A stretch of DNA of 64,000 nucleotides from Candidatus Omnitrophota bacterium (GCA_042570305.1 JBHPGP010000003.1:14507-78506); one strand, 5' to 3'. Shown: positions 1 through 9,175, counted from the stretch's first letter. The notes: generated by a model from the letters alone, not told the origin. Numbers and translations: made by a program.

Positions 1-2
1 CC

Positions 3-134
3 GTATTTATCATTACCACGTTTTCCAGCGAAGAGCGTTTCAGGCTGGCGCGCAAATTGAATGCCTCAGGGTTTATGATTAAGTCGCTGGATTTAGACCA
101 AGAGCTCCGTAGGTTGTTGATCGACCTGGCATAA
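3..134 (+). CDS. 3' end of a response-regulator receiver (REC) domain protein (partial, enters from window start)
   Basis: Frame-3 translation VFIITTFSSEERFRLARKLNASGFMIKSLDLDQELRRLLIDLA* ends at TAA 132-134. It resembles the beta4-alpha4-beta5-alpha5 region of CheY-like receivers. It is absent from the ORF track because it is 5'-truncated. Confidence 0.4.
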   Translation, partial: VFIITTFSSEERFRLARKLNASGFMIKSLDLDQELRRLLIDLA

Positions 135-196
135 CATATGTCCCCGCAAGCCCTTCAGGCCAGACCTTGCTTTAACCACCGGCAACTTACTTAATA

Positions 197-2071
197 TTGC
201 AGGAGACACAAGGCTTGAATAGAAATCAGAATATATTCGCCTGCGTTATTTTAATCATCATCTTAGGTTTTGCCGTTTACGGCAATTCCCTCAACGGGAA
301 ATTTGTCTGGGATGACGACCCCCTGATCAGGGATAATGTTTATATAAAGAACTGGTCTCATCTAAATAAGATTTTTACCAGGGATATAATGGGAGGCGAA
401 GGAGAAGAAAGCAATTTCTACCGCCCCCTGCAGGTGTTCACCTATATGATAGATTACTCCCTGTGGGGATTCAATGCCAGGGGCTATCACCAGAGCAACA
501 TCTTATTTCATATCTTGGCAACCTTAGCGCTGTTCTGGTTCGTGACTATTCTCTTTGACAGCCTGCCCCTTGCGCTATTTACCAGCCTGTTTTTCTTGAT
601 CCATCCCGTACATACCGAAGCCGTTGCCTATATATCAGGACGCTCAGACCCGCTGGCTTTATTATTTATGCTGCTCTGCCTTATCTTCTATATAAAAGGC
701 CTGCGCGAAAGGAGAGCGGGTTTTTACCTAGTTGCCTTATTAAGCTATGTATTGGCCCTGCTTTCAAGAGAGAATAGCCTGGTCTTACCTGCCTTATTGC
801 TGCTCTATCATTATAGTTTTAAAGAGAGACTCAGGGTTAGAGAGTTCTTACCCATATTAAGCATCGCCATTATTTATGTTTTATTAAGATTTACAATCCT
901 GGAGTCTCTGTTATCCAATATATCTATCACTACTACTTTTTTCCAAAGGGTACCTGGTTTTTTTGTGGCTATCACCAATTATGTCAGGTTAATACTTTTT
1001 CCTTTTAATCTGCATATGGAATATGGCACAGGCTTGTTTGAGCTAAGCAATCCTAAGGCAATAGCAGGAATATTCATCTTATTCTCTTTATTCTTTTACG
1101 CCGTTAAGAAAAGGAACACTAACAGATTAGCTTTCTTTTCCATATCGTGGTTCTTTATTGCACTTTTACCTCAATCTAATCTCTACCCGATTAATGCCTA
1201 TATGGCTGAGCACTGGCTGTATCTGCCATCTATAGGGTTATTTCTTCTTTTGGCCAAGGGCCTGGTTTACGCTTGTCAGAATAAACCGTCCCGTATTCCA
1301 GGGATAATTGTTGCAGTCAGTCTATTGGTATTTTATTCCTCTTTGACCATCATGCAGAATATTTACTGGAGAGAGCCGCTAGTTTTCTACGAAAAGACTT
1401 TACAATATGCTACTGATAAGGCAAAGTTTTATAACAACCTCGGTAATATTTACTATGCCCTTGACAGAAGAGAAGAAGCCATAACTGCATACAGCAGAGC
1501 CATAGAGCTCAACCCAGGTTATGCCAAGGCATATAACAACCTCGGCAATATTTACTATGCCCTTGACAGAAGAGAAGAAGCCATAACTGCATACAGCAGA
1601 GCCATAGAGCTCAACCCAGGTTATGCCAAGGCATATAACAACCTCGGAGTCTTATACAATTCCATTGGCAGGAAGCAGGATGCGATAATCTCATATAAGC
1701 AGGCAATAGAGTCTGGCCTTGGTTATGCAGAGGTATATAGCAATCTTGGTTCTGTATACTATGATATCAACAAACACGAGGAAGCTATGGACCTATTTAA
1801 AAAGGCGATAGAAATCAATCCAGATTTTGCAGGGGCATATTATAACCTCGCTAATGCATACATTAATCTTGATAAAAAACAAGAAGCCATAGAATTATAT
1901 CAGAAAGCCATAGAGCTCAATCCGAGTTATGCAAAGGCATACAATAGTTTATCTTTAATCTATTTTCTACAGAAGCAATACAAATTAGCCATTGAGTATT
2001 GCGATAAGGCAAAGGAGTTGGGCTTTACCAACACCGCTCTTTCAGAATCCCTTAAGCCGTATAGAGAATAA
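197..2071 (+). CDS. TMTC-like membrane glycosyltransferase (GT-C/PMT-like, DUF1736-type N-terminus) fused to TPR repeats
   Basis: 624-aa ORF with a multi-TM N-terminal half carrying the FVWDDD first-loop motif typical of GT-C enzymes. The C-terminal half has ~7 TPR units (AYNNLG..A...Y..AIELNP). By homology with the downstream paralog the true start may be TTG 215, preceded by AGGAG at 201-205. Confidence 0.75.
   Translation: MQETQGLNRNQNIFACVILIIILGFAVYGNSLNGKFVWDDDPLIRDNVYIKNWSHLNKIFTRDIMGGEGEESNFYRPLQVFTYMIDYSLWGFNARGYHQSNILFHILATLALFWFVTILFDSLPLALFTSLFFLIHPVHTEAVAYISGRSDPLALLFMLLCLIFYIKGLRERRAGFYLVALLSYVLALLSRENSLVLPALLLLYHYSFKERLRVREFLPILSIAIIYVLLRFTILESLLSNISITTTFFQRVPGFFVAITNYVRLILFPFNLHMEYGTGLFELSNPKAIAGIFILFSLFFYAVKKRNTNRLAFFSISWFFIALLPQSNLYPINAYMAEHWLYLPSIGLFLLLAKGLVYACQNKPSRIPGIIVAVSLLVFYSSLTIMQNIYWREPLVFYEKTLQYATDKAKFYNNLGNIYYALDRREEAITAYSRAIELNPGYAKAYNNLGNIYYALDRREEAITAYSRAIELNPGYAKAYNNLGVLYNSIGRKQDAIISYKQAIESGLGYAEVYSNLGSVYYDINKHEEAMDLFKKAIEINPDFAGAYYNLANAYINLDKKQEAIELYQKAIELNPSYAKAYNSLSLIYFLQKQYKLAIEYCDKAKELGFTNTALSESLKPYRE
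533..816 (+). repeat. 284-bp tract 100% identical to 2428-2711 (gene-conversion tract, copy 1)
   Basis: Base-by-base comparison of the two tracts shows no mismatch, at a constant offset of 1895. Confidence 0.95.
1430..1633 (+). repeat. Tandem duplication of one 102-bp (34-codon) TPR unit, 101/102 identical
   Basis: 1430-1531 and 1532-1633 differ only at 1446 vs 1548 (T vs C). The encoded peptide YNNLGNIYYALDRREEAITAYSRAIELNPGYAKA occurs twice. Confidence 0.95.
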
Positions 2072-2109
2072 GAGCAATCGGTTGGATAATTTTTACAGGA
2101 GACTAAGAC

Positions 2110-4350
2110 TTGTTCAAAAGAGAATCTATATTCGCCTGCGTTATTCTAATCATCATCTTGGGTTTTGCCGTTTACGGCAATTCCCTCAACGGAAAATTTG
2201 TCTGGGATGACGACCATCTAATCAGGGATAATTTATACATAAAGAGCTGGGCTCATATAAATAAGATTTTTACAAAAGATATAGGGGCAGCTACTGCAGT
2301 CCAATACAATTCATATCGCCCCTTACAGATGTTCACCTGCCTCATAGATTACTCTCTGTGGAAATTAGATGTAAGGGGCTATCACTTAAGCAATACCTTA
2401 TTCCATATCTTTGCGACATTGGCCTTATTCTGGTTCGTGACTATTCTCTTTGACAGCCTGCCCCTTGCGCTATTTACCAGCCTGTTTTTCTTGATCCATC
2501 CCGTACATACCGAAGCCGTTGCCTATATATCAGGACGCTCAGACCCGCTGGCTTTATTATTTATGCTGCTCTGCCTTATCTTCTATATAAAAGGCCTGCG
2601 CGAAAGGAGAGCGGGTTTTTACCTAGTTGCCTTATTAAGCTATGTATTGGCCCTGCTTTCAAGAGAGAATAGCCTGGTCTTACCTGCCTTATTGCTGCTC
2701 TATCATTATAGCTTCAAAAAGAAAATAAGGATTTGGCAGTTTCTTCCTATATTAAGCGCAGGGCTTATCTATATTGGATTACGAGTAACTGTTTTCAAAT
2801 CCATAATGCCGGATATTTCCATTTGTAATAGCGTATTTGAAAGAATCCCGGGATTCTTTGTTGCCATAACTAACTACATCAGGCTTCTTTTCCTTCCCCT
2901 TAACCTGCATATGGAATACGGACACAGGTCGTTTAGTTTTACGGACCCCGGAGCAGTGCTGGGGGTTATAATCCTGCTTTTGCTTGTTAGCTATGCGTTC
3001 AAGAAAAGGAATACGGACCAATTAGTATCCTTCTCCATATTATGGTTTTTTATAACACTCCTGCCCGTATCTAACCTTTATCCTCTTAATGCCTATATGG
3101 CTGAACACTGGCTGTATCTGCCTTCAATCGGGTTCTTTCTGCTTTTGGCAAGGGGGTTAAGTTATGCATATCGCAGGAAGGTGCTTAGAGGCTTAAGCAT
3201 AATCTTTACTATAGTCCTGTTGGTTTTATATTCTTACCTTACCTTCAGGCAGAATATTCACTGGAGGGAACCGCTGGTTTTTTATCAAAGGACCATGAAA
3301 TATGCCCCGGATAGCCCAAAGCTGTATAATAACCTCGGTAATGTCTGCTTTGCCCTGGGCAGAAAGGAAGAGGCGATAGGCTTTTACAGGAAGGCCATAG
3401 AGATAAAACCGGATAATGCAGGAGCATATAATAACCTCGGAGTTTTATACAAAGATATTAACCGTCCCCAAGAAGCGATAGACTTATACAGGAAAGCCTT
3501 AGAGATAAAGCCGGGATTTGGCCAGGCATATTATAATCTTGGCAACGCATATTACGCCATAAACGAATATGAAAAGGCGGTAGACTCGTACAAAAGAGCA
3601 ATTGCAATTCACCCGGACTTTGTAGATGCGTATAATAACCTCGGAGTCGTATACAGGGATATTAACATGGAAAAGGAAGCCGCATCAGCTTACAATAAGG
3701 CTATAGAGATTAATCCGTCCTACGTAGTTGCTTATAATAATCTCGGGAACCTTTACATGGCCGCAAACAAACACCAGGAGGCCATAGCCGCTTATGATAA
3801 GGCTATTCAGAGAGCCATAGAAATCGAACCTGATCTGGCAAAAACATACAGCAATCTTGGCCTGGCATACGAAGCGCTTAATAAAAATAAAGAGGCAATA
3901 GCCTCATATCAAAAATCTATAGAGCTTGATCCCGATAATGCAGGTTCTTTTTATAACCTGGGCAATGCATACAACGCGATTAACAATAAACAAGAAGCCA
4001 TTGCTTCATACCAGAAGGCAATATCAGCCGATTCGCAGTATGCCCAGGCTTATAATAACCTTGGGGTAACATACGTTAATATCGGTAAGCACTCAGAGGC
4101 TGTAGCCTTACTTGATAAGGCAATAGAAATTAATCCCGATTATGTCAAAGCCTATTTTAATAAAGCCCTTGCTTGCGAGAAGGCAGGCCGCCTGAAAGAG
4201 GGGATAGAAACCTACAGGAAATTTATTCAACTTGCCGGTACTGAATACGAGCCTTATATCGGGTATGCAAAGGCAAGAATAAGCCTGCTTGAGGGCAGAA
4301 GCGGCGAGGCGCCTGAACCAAATTTTGATGAATCAGGATTGGTAGATTAA
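2110..4350 (+). CDS. TMTC-like membrane glycosyltransferase (GT-C/PMT-like) fused to ~11 TPR repeats; paralog of 197..2071
   Basis: 746-aa ORF with a TTG start 8 nt after AGGAG (2097-2101). It has the same FVWDDD motif and TM core as the upstream gene and a longer TPR array. Its stop overlaps the stop of the convergent helicase gene (4347-4350). Confidence 0.75.
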   Translation: MFKRESIFACVILIIILGFAVYGNSLNGKFVWDDDHLIRDNLYIKSWAHINKIFTKDIGAATAVQYNSYRPLQMFTCLIDYSLWKLDVRGYHLSNTLFHIFATLALFWFVTILFDSLPLALFTSLFFLIHPVHTEAVAYISGRSDPLALLFMLLCLIFYIKGLRERRAGFYLVALLSYVLALLSRENSLVLPALLLLYHYSFKKKIRIWQFLPILSAGLIYIGLRVTVFKSIMPDISICNSVFERIPGFFVAITNYIRLLFLPLNLHMEYGHRSFSFTDPGAVLGVIILLLLVSYAFKKRNTDQLVSFSILWFFITLLPVSNLYPLNAYMAEHWLYLPSIGFFLLLARGLSYAYRRKVLRGLSIIFTIVLLVLYSYLTFRQNIHWREPLVFYQRTMKYAPDSPKLYNNLGNVCFALGRKEEAIGFYRKAIEIKPDNAGAYNNLGVLYKDINRPQEAIDLYRKALEIKPGFGQAYYNLGNAYYAINEYEKAVDSYKRAIAIHPDFVDAYNNLGVVYRDINMEKEAASAYNKAIEINPSYVVAYNNLGNLYMAANKHQEAIAAYDKAIQRAIEIEPDLAKTYSNLGLAYEALNKNKEAIASYQKSIELDPDNAGSFYNLGNAYNAINNKQEAIASYQKAISADSQYAQAYNNLGVTYVNIGKHSEAVALLDKAIEINPDYVKAYFNKALACEKAGRLKEGIETYRKFIQLAGTEYEPYIGYAKARISLLEGRSGEAPEPNFDESGLVD
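2428..2711 (+). repeat. 284-bp tract 100% identical to 533-816 (gene-conversion tract, copy 2)
   Basis: Same comparison as for copy 1. The flanking coding sequence is clearly diverged. Confidence 0.95.
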
Positions 4351-6281
4351 CTGCGCAGTTGCCTTTCGGCGTCCACGATATCGCGGTTAATTACGCGCAT
4401 AACCTCGCGGGTTTTTTCTTTCAGGCTCTGGGAGGCAAAGGCAGAGCCGCTAATCTCCCTTAATATTTGTACTGCCATACGCAAGTAACGGATAACCTCT
4501 CCTTCGTCAGTATCGGTAAATTTTAGAATTTTGGAGAAAGCGGTTCCCGAGAGCCAGGCATGGGTTGTCTCTGAGAGGTGAAAGTAGGGTTTTTTGCTTT
4601 GCGGATATATGCGGTACTGCCTTTCCTTGGCTTGAATCAGCTCATGACTGTCCTCGCAGACGCTTCTCAGGTAACGGGCACTCTTGGGCAGGCGTCCGGG
4701 TATGCTCTGGTTTTTTCTAGGTTCGAATACCGCAGCCACTGCGAGCATTCCCAGGGCAAATTCATCAAGCCCTTCCAGCATTCCTCTCTGGTTGAGCTCA
4801 GAAAGGATTAATTCATAACCGTAGATTGAACGGGCAAAAAGCCCTTTTGGGGTAAGCATCGAATCCTGGATGTAGCCAGAGGTCTTTAATAGTTTTAATT
4901 TTGCCTGGATAAGCCTTACTGCTTCCTGTTTTTGGTGTTTGCGCGATTGGAAATTATGCAGGGTTAATGGATATACCTCGGTCACCCTCTCTTTATAGCG
5001 CTCATAGAGATTAAGCAGTGTGGCATAAGATGTATTAAACTGGCTTTTTACCGCCTCCGGATGAGCAAAGATTATGTGCCTGATGTCATCCGAATTTATC
5101 AGGCGCGGATTTATCCGGCAGTAAACAAAGCCGATCTTATCCATCCCCCGCCTGCCGGCGCGTCCGGCCATTTGAAAGAAATCGCGTACCTTGAGAATCC
5201 TCACATAGCGGCCGTAGTATTTCTTCAGGCTGTCAAAGACAACGCTTCTTGCCGGCATATTGATGCCCAGGGCAAATGTCTCTGTAGTAAAAATAACCTT
5301 AAGCAGCCGGCTGGTAAACAACTGTTCGATTACCTCCTTTAAGGTAGGCAGCATGCCGGCATGATGGTAGGCGATACCGTTTTTTATCAGTTGCAATAAA
5401 CTGCCTGCGCTTTGTTCGTGGGTTAAATCAAAGCGCCGGCAGAGCTTCTCGTATAAAGCGGTGATTTCCTGTTTTTCTTCCGGGTTCAGGAAGTTAGAGC
5501 CGTATAGCTCAAAGGCAAGGTCTTCGGCCCTTTTTCTGCTGAAGACGAACCAGATGCACGGCATGCCCTTGTTCTGCCGGATATAATTTATCAACTGATA
5601 CAGGCGGTTGGGGCGATGGAACCTTTTCTGGCTTTTTGAGGTGACCAGCCTCTTTAAATCCGGCAGGCTGTCTATTATTTTGCTCCTGCACTGGAATAGA
5701 AACTTCAGAGGCACAGGGCGCTTTTCTTCAATTACGATTTTAATCTCTCTTTTCTGCACTGATTCAATCCAGCCCGCGAATTCTCTGATATTTGGAATGG
5801 TTGCCGAGAGGGCCAGGATCTTCATATGAGAGGGAAGAAAAATCAGTGATTCCTCCCAGACCGTGCCCCTTTCCGGGTTATCGATATAATGAACTTCGTC
5901 AAAGATAACCCAGGAGTATTTTTTCAGTGATTCCGGCTGTTCGAGGATTTTATTGCGGAATATCTCGGTGGTCATAATCAGTACCTGGGCATCGGGGTTT
6001 AGCGAAACGTCTCCGGTGAGGATGCCGATTTCTCCGGGGAACTGCTGCTGGAAATCCCGGAACTTCTGGTTGGACAGGGCCTTTATGGGAGCAGTATAGA
6101 TTATGCCTTCCTGCTTCTTCAGTGATTGCTGTATCACATATTCGGCAATTGCTGTTTTTCCTGCTCCCGTAGGGGCAGAAACGATTACCGAGTATCCGCC
6201 GTTTATGTGGTCGATTGCTTCTTGTTGAAACCGGTCATATTGCATAAAATCATTATAACACATTTTTAGATATTGCCGCAC
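4347..6281 (-). CDS. Ski2/HelY-like DEVH-box SF2 RNA helicase with DSHCT-like C-terminal domain
   Basis: 644-aa ORF with APTGAGKT (motif I), FDEVH (motif II), SAT (motif III) and QMAGRAGRRG (motif VI), plus a C-terminal helical region like the DOB1/SKI2/HelY C-terminus. It is the only minus-strand gene in the window. Confidence 0.8.
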   Translation of the reverse strand: MRQYLKMCYNDFMQYDRFQQEAIDHINGGYSVIVSAPTGAGKTAIAEYVIQQSLKKQEGIIYTAPIKALSNQKFRDFQQQFPGEIGILTGDVSLNPDAQVLIMTTEIFRNKILEQPESLKKYSWVIFDEVHYIDNPERGTVWEESLIFLPSHMKILALSATIPNIREFAGWIESVQKREIKIVIEEKRPVPLKFLFQCRSKIIDSLPDLKRLVTSKSQKRFHRPNRLYQLINYIRQNKGMPCIWFVFSRKRAEDLAFELYGSNFLNPEEKQEITALYEKLCRRFDLTHEQSAGSLLQLIKNGIAYHHAGMLPTLKEVIEQLFTSRLLKVIFTTETFALGINMPARSVVFDSLKKYYGRYVRILKVRDFFQMAGRAGRRGMDKIGFVYCRINPRLINSDDIRHIIFAHPEAVKSQFNTSYATLLNLYERYKERVTEVYPLTLHNFQSRKHQKQEAVRLIQAKLKLLKTSGYIQDSMLTPKGLFARSIYGYELILSELNQRGMLEGLDEFALGMLAVAAVFEPRKNQSIPGRLPKSARYLRSVCEDSHELIQAKERQYRIYPQSKKPYFHLSETTHAWLSGTAFSKILKFTDTDEGEVIRYLRMAVQILREISGSAFASQSLKEKTREVMRVINRDIVDAERQLRS

Positions 6282-6381
6282 CGTAATTTGAATAGAGCGG
6301 TATTTTTATTGCCATTTTCCCTCAAGTGTATTAGAATTGTCTTAAGTAGCAACAGGCGGAGAAAGGCATAGGGAGGTTTTT

Positions 6382-7056
6382 TTGCGCGCAAGCAGCAGGC
6401 GATTACTGGTTTTGATTCTCTTTCTGGTAATGGTCGCGGTTGGCAGCCGCTACCTAAGAATAGATTTCGATGTAGTGAAGGTCTTTCTGCAGAGGTTTTC
6501 TATCGGCCAGGCAATAGGAGTTTATGCGCTGATTTATGTTCTGGGGACTATTTTTATTCCCCCCAGCAAGGATATCCTTAAGGTCGTAGGGGCAGTTTGC
6601 CTGGGCGCTGTTTCCAGCAGCGCAGGAATCTGGATTGCAGAGGTAATTAATGCTTGCCTGCTTTTTTACCTGGCACGTTCCTTGGGAAGGGGTTTTTTCC
6701 AGGAGAGATTAAGCGGCCGCGCTAAACTATTTGACCAGAGGCTCGGCGCCTCTGGCTTTAAAGGGATTTTGATATTGAGGTTAGTGCCGCTTCTCCCATA
6801 CCGCGTGATGGATTTATTAGCCGGGCTTTCTTCGTTTGGTTTTACGCAGTATTTTATAATTGCGGTTATCGGCTCGCCTTTGCGCATATTCTGGGTACAG
6901 TATGTATTAGCGGGAGTGGGCGAAGCAATATTCAAGAATCCTTTTGCTCTGGTAGATTATATAATGACAAACAGGCTCATTTTTGCCTGGAGCCTGGCGT
7001 ATTTTATTCTGGTGGTTATGGTTGCGTTCAGGCTGAAATTTAAACAGAGAATTTAA
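6382..7056 (+). CDS. TVP38/TMEM64 (DedA/VTT-domain) family membrane protein
   Basis: 224-aa ORF with a TTG start after GGGAGG. It is polytopic and hydrophobic, with a VTT-like region (LARSLGRGF...LILRLVPLLPYRVMDLLAG). Confidence 0.65.
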   Translation: MRASSRRLLVLILFLVMVAVGSRYLRIDFDVVKVFLQRFSIGQAIGVYALIYVLGTIFIPPSKDILKVVGAVCLGAVSSSAGIWIAEVINACLLFYLARSLGRGFFQERLSGRAKLFDQRLGASGFKGILILRLVPLLPYRVMDLLAGLSSFGFTQYFIIAVIGSPLRIFWVQYVLAGVGEAIFKNPFALVDYIMTNRLIFAWSLAYFILVVMVAFRLKFKQRI

Positions 7057-7167
7057 TGACCAAATGCAAGAAAAGTGATATAATCAAATTCAGCCGCAGA
7101 GGCGGTGAGGGGCATACCTTATTTTAATTGGGTCGGATTGCCGAAGCAGCAAAGATAGCGGTTATTC

Positions 7168-7695
7168 ATGATAAAAACGATAGGTTTTTGGGTCTGGGCA
7201 TTTGCTCTTGGGTGTCTTGTGGTTTGCGGCTGTCAACCGGCAGGCAAACCGGAGTATAATTACGATGATATCCTGGTCAGCAGGGTTATCGACGGAGATA
7301 CCGTAGTTTTGGCCAGTCAGGAAAGGGTCAGGCTCATCGGCATAGATACTCCGGAGACGCACGTCAATAATAAGCTCTATCGGCAGGCGCAGCGCAGCAA
7401 AACCGATATTCAGACTATCATGGCTTTGGGCAATCAGGCCTGCAAGTTTACCAGGAATTTAGTCGAGGGTAAGCGCGTAAGAATCGAGTTTGACGTTGAA
7501 AGGTATGATAAATACGGCAGGTTGCTGGGGTATCTCTATCTTCCAGACGGTACCTTTGTCAACGCAAGGATAGTCCAGGAGGGCTACGCCTCTTTGCTTA
7601 CCATACCGCCCAATGTAAGATATGCTGGTTTATTCAGGGAGTTTTATCAGGAGGCACGGGAAAATAAAAGAGGTTTATGGCAGGAGAATAGATGA
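7168..7695 (+). CDS. Thermonuclease (staphylococcal nuclease, SNase) family lipoprotein
   Basis: 175-aa ORF with a signal peptide and lipobox-like LVVCGC. SNase motifs are present: DGDT, RLIGIDTPE, YGRLLGYLY. Confidence 0.8.
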   Translation: MIKTIGFWVWAFALGCLVVCGCQPAGKPEYNYDDILVSRVIDGDTVVLASQERVRLIGIDTPETHVNNKLYRQAQRSKTDIQTIMALGNQACKFTRNLVEGKRVRIEFDVERYDKYGRLLGYLYLPDGTFVNARIVQEGYASLLTIPPNVRYAGLFREFYQEARENKRGLWQENR

Positions 7696-7705
7696 GGAGG
7701 TTGAT

Positions 7706-8746
7706 ATGTTACGCTACTTAACGTCCGGGGAGTCACACGGAAGAGCTTTATTGTCTATATTAGAGGGAATTCCTGCGGGACTGAAGGTTCAGGTTATCCG
7801 GATTAATCAGGAGATGAAGCGCAGGCAAAAGGGCTATGGCCGCGGGAAAAGGATGCAAATTGAGCAGGACAGGATTGAAATCCTTTGCGGCCTGAAAAAT
7901 AACCTTGCCTTAGGCAGCCCCATAGGGATACTGATTAAAAATAAGGATTTCAGTATTGAAAAACTGCCTAAAGTAATCTCGCCGCGACCAGGGCATGCGG
8001 ATTTATCCGGATTGCTTAAATATGGTTTTTCCGATATTCGCGAAGTATTAGAGCGTGCCTCGGCCAGGCAGACGGCAGCGTGGGTGGCAATCGGGGCAAT
8101 CTGTAAAATACTCCTGGAGCAATTCAAAATCAGGATAACCAGCCGCGTATTAGAGGTAGGGGGAAGTAAGAATCCAGCTCAGATAAAGAAGATTATTGAC
8201 CAGGCAAGAAAGAACAAGGATACCGTGGGGGGGATGTTTCAGGTAAAGGCAAAAGGGGTTATTCCGGGATTAGGAGGCTATACCCAGCCAGGTCAGCGTT
8301 TGGACAGCAGGCTGGCTCAGGCAATCATTTCGATTCCCGGAGTAAAGGCAGTAGAAATCGGGCTAGGGTTTGGCTATGCGGATAAACCGGGTTCCCAGGT
8401 TCACGATGCGATTTATTACTCCTCAACTAAAGGATACTATCGCAGGACCAATAATGCAGGCGGCATTGAGGGCGGGATTTCTAACGGAGAGGATATTATC
8501 CTGAATGCCTGCATGAAGCCTATCTCTACACTGCTTGCCCCGCTGGACTCAGTAAATATAAAAACCAGAAAGAAGGCAAAGGCAAGTATCGAACGTTCCG
8601 ATATCTGTGTGGTTGAGGCAGCAGGCGTCATTGCAGAAGCAGCAGTGGCGTTTGAGCTGGCAGGCGCATTTCTGGATAAATTCGGCAGCGACTCTCTTGG
8701 CGATATTAAAGCCGGTTACCAGCACTATCTTAAGAGATTGAAGTAA
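7706..8746 (+). CDS. aroC: Chorismate synthase
   Basis: The ORF track starts at 7622, but homologs start at MLRYLTSGESHGRAL, which is ATG 7706 here. GESHG, RPGHAD and GGxSNGE motifs are present. Confidence 0.92.
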   Translation: MLRYLTSGESHGRALLSILEGIPAGLKVQVIRINQEMKRRQKGYGRGKRMQIEQDRIEILCGLKNNLALGSPIGILIKNKDFSIEKLPKVISPRPGHADLSGLLKYGFSDIREVLERASARQTAAWVAIGAICKILLEQFKIRITSRVLEVGGSKNPAQIKKIIDQARKNKDTVGGMFQVKAKGVIPGLGGYTQPGQRLDSRLAQAIISIPGVKAVEIGLGFGYADKPGSQVHDAIYYSSTKGYYRRTNNAGGIEGGISNGEDIILNACMKPISTLLAPLDSVNIKTRKKAKASIERSDICVVEAAGVIAEAAVAFELAGAFLDKFGSDSLGDIKAGYQHYLKRLK

Positions 8747-8761
8747 GAAATGATGTGAGAA

Positions 8762-8804
8762 AATCACCCCTGCCTCGTCTATTAGGATGAGAAGGGGGGT
8801 GATT
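8762..8804 (+). promoter_or_regulatory. Hairpin that can sequester the spoVG Shine-Dalgarno region
   Basis: AATCACCCC (8762-8770) pairs with GGGGTGATT (8796-8804). The right arm overlaps the SD GAAGGGGGG, 4 nt upstream of ATG 8808. Confidence 0.35.
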
Positions 8805-8807
8805 GAG

Positions 8808-9068
8808 ATGCCCAAGCAGATGAATCTGGAGATTGTCAGGCTGCACCGGTTTGACAGCGAAGATTCAAAACTAAAAGCCTTTGTGGATGTGGCAATAGGA
8901 GAATTTATTGTTAAGGGTATGCGCATCATGCAGGGGCAAAAAGGGCTGTTTCTGGCAATGCCAAGGGAGCAAGGCAAAGACGGGCGTTGGTACAGCTGCG
9001 TGTATCCCAAGAGCCAGAAGGCACACCAGGATTTGACTGAGATGGTTTTAGCAGCCTACCAGGAATAG
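8808..9068 (+). CDS. spoVG: SpoVG family protein
   Basis: Matches the SpoVG pattern (E)IxxVRLxR...LKAFxxVxxxxEFxV...I..G..GLFxAMP. ATG 8808 is preceded by the purine-rich SD GAAGGGGGG. ATG 8820 is an alternative start. Confidence 0.8.
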   Translation: MPKQMNLEIVRLHRFDSEDSKLKAFVDVAIGEFIVKGMRIMQGQKGLFLAMPREQGKDGRWYSCVYPKSQKAHQDLTEMVLAAYQE

Positions 9069-9090
9069 CTTAAATAAGGTGTCAGAATAA

Positions 9091-9124
9091 AGCCCCGGGA
9101 TTTAGCTCTCGGGGCTCTATGTTT
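9091..9124 (+). terminator. Candidate intrinsic terminator after spoVG
   Basis: AGCCCCGGGA-tttagc-TCTCGGGGCT forms a 10-bp stem with one G-U pair, followed by the T-rich CTATGTTTG. Confidence 0.5.
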
Positions 9125-9175
9125 GCGCCTGTTTTTTGCCTTAATCGCAGGTGATTGGCAACAATAAGGTACAAG

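Noticed and set aside
1992-2210. 72-aa ORF bridging the two TPR genes
   Set aside because: It is out of frame with both well-supported genes, Arg-rich and without an SD. It includes the spacer that carries the second gene's RBS.
1430-4200. Regular ~102-bp periodicity that could superficially suggest a CRISPR-like or satellite array
   Set aside because: The periodicity is the 34-codon TPR unit inside continuous ORFs. The repeats are in frame, diverged at the protein-motif level, and lack spacer/repeat alternation.
4720-4730. GGTTCGAATAC, a tRNA T-arm-like motif
   Set aside because: It lies inside the helicase coding sequence and no acceptor, D or anticodon stems can be built around it. I found no tRNA in any spacer.
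4347-7695. Ski2-like helicase plus nearby SNase nuclease as a possible helicase-nuclease defence system (Hachiman/Gabija-like)
   Set aside because: The helicase is monocistronic on the opposite strand and is separated from the nuclease by a DedA-like gene. It has a DSHCT-like C-terminus typical of HelY RNA helicases. No DUF1837/HamA-like or ATPase partner is present. The nuclease is a secreted lipoprotein. I have no evidence for a functional link.
7622-7705. 84-nt N-terminal extension of aroC in the ORF track, overlapping the nuclease gene
   Set aside because: Chorismate synthases begin at the MLRYLT(S/A)GESHG region. ATG 7706 follows a GAGGAGG SD and removes the 74-nt overlap.
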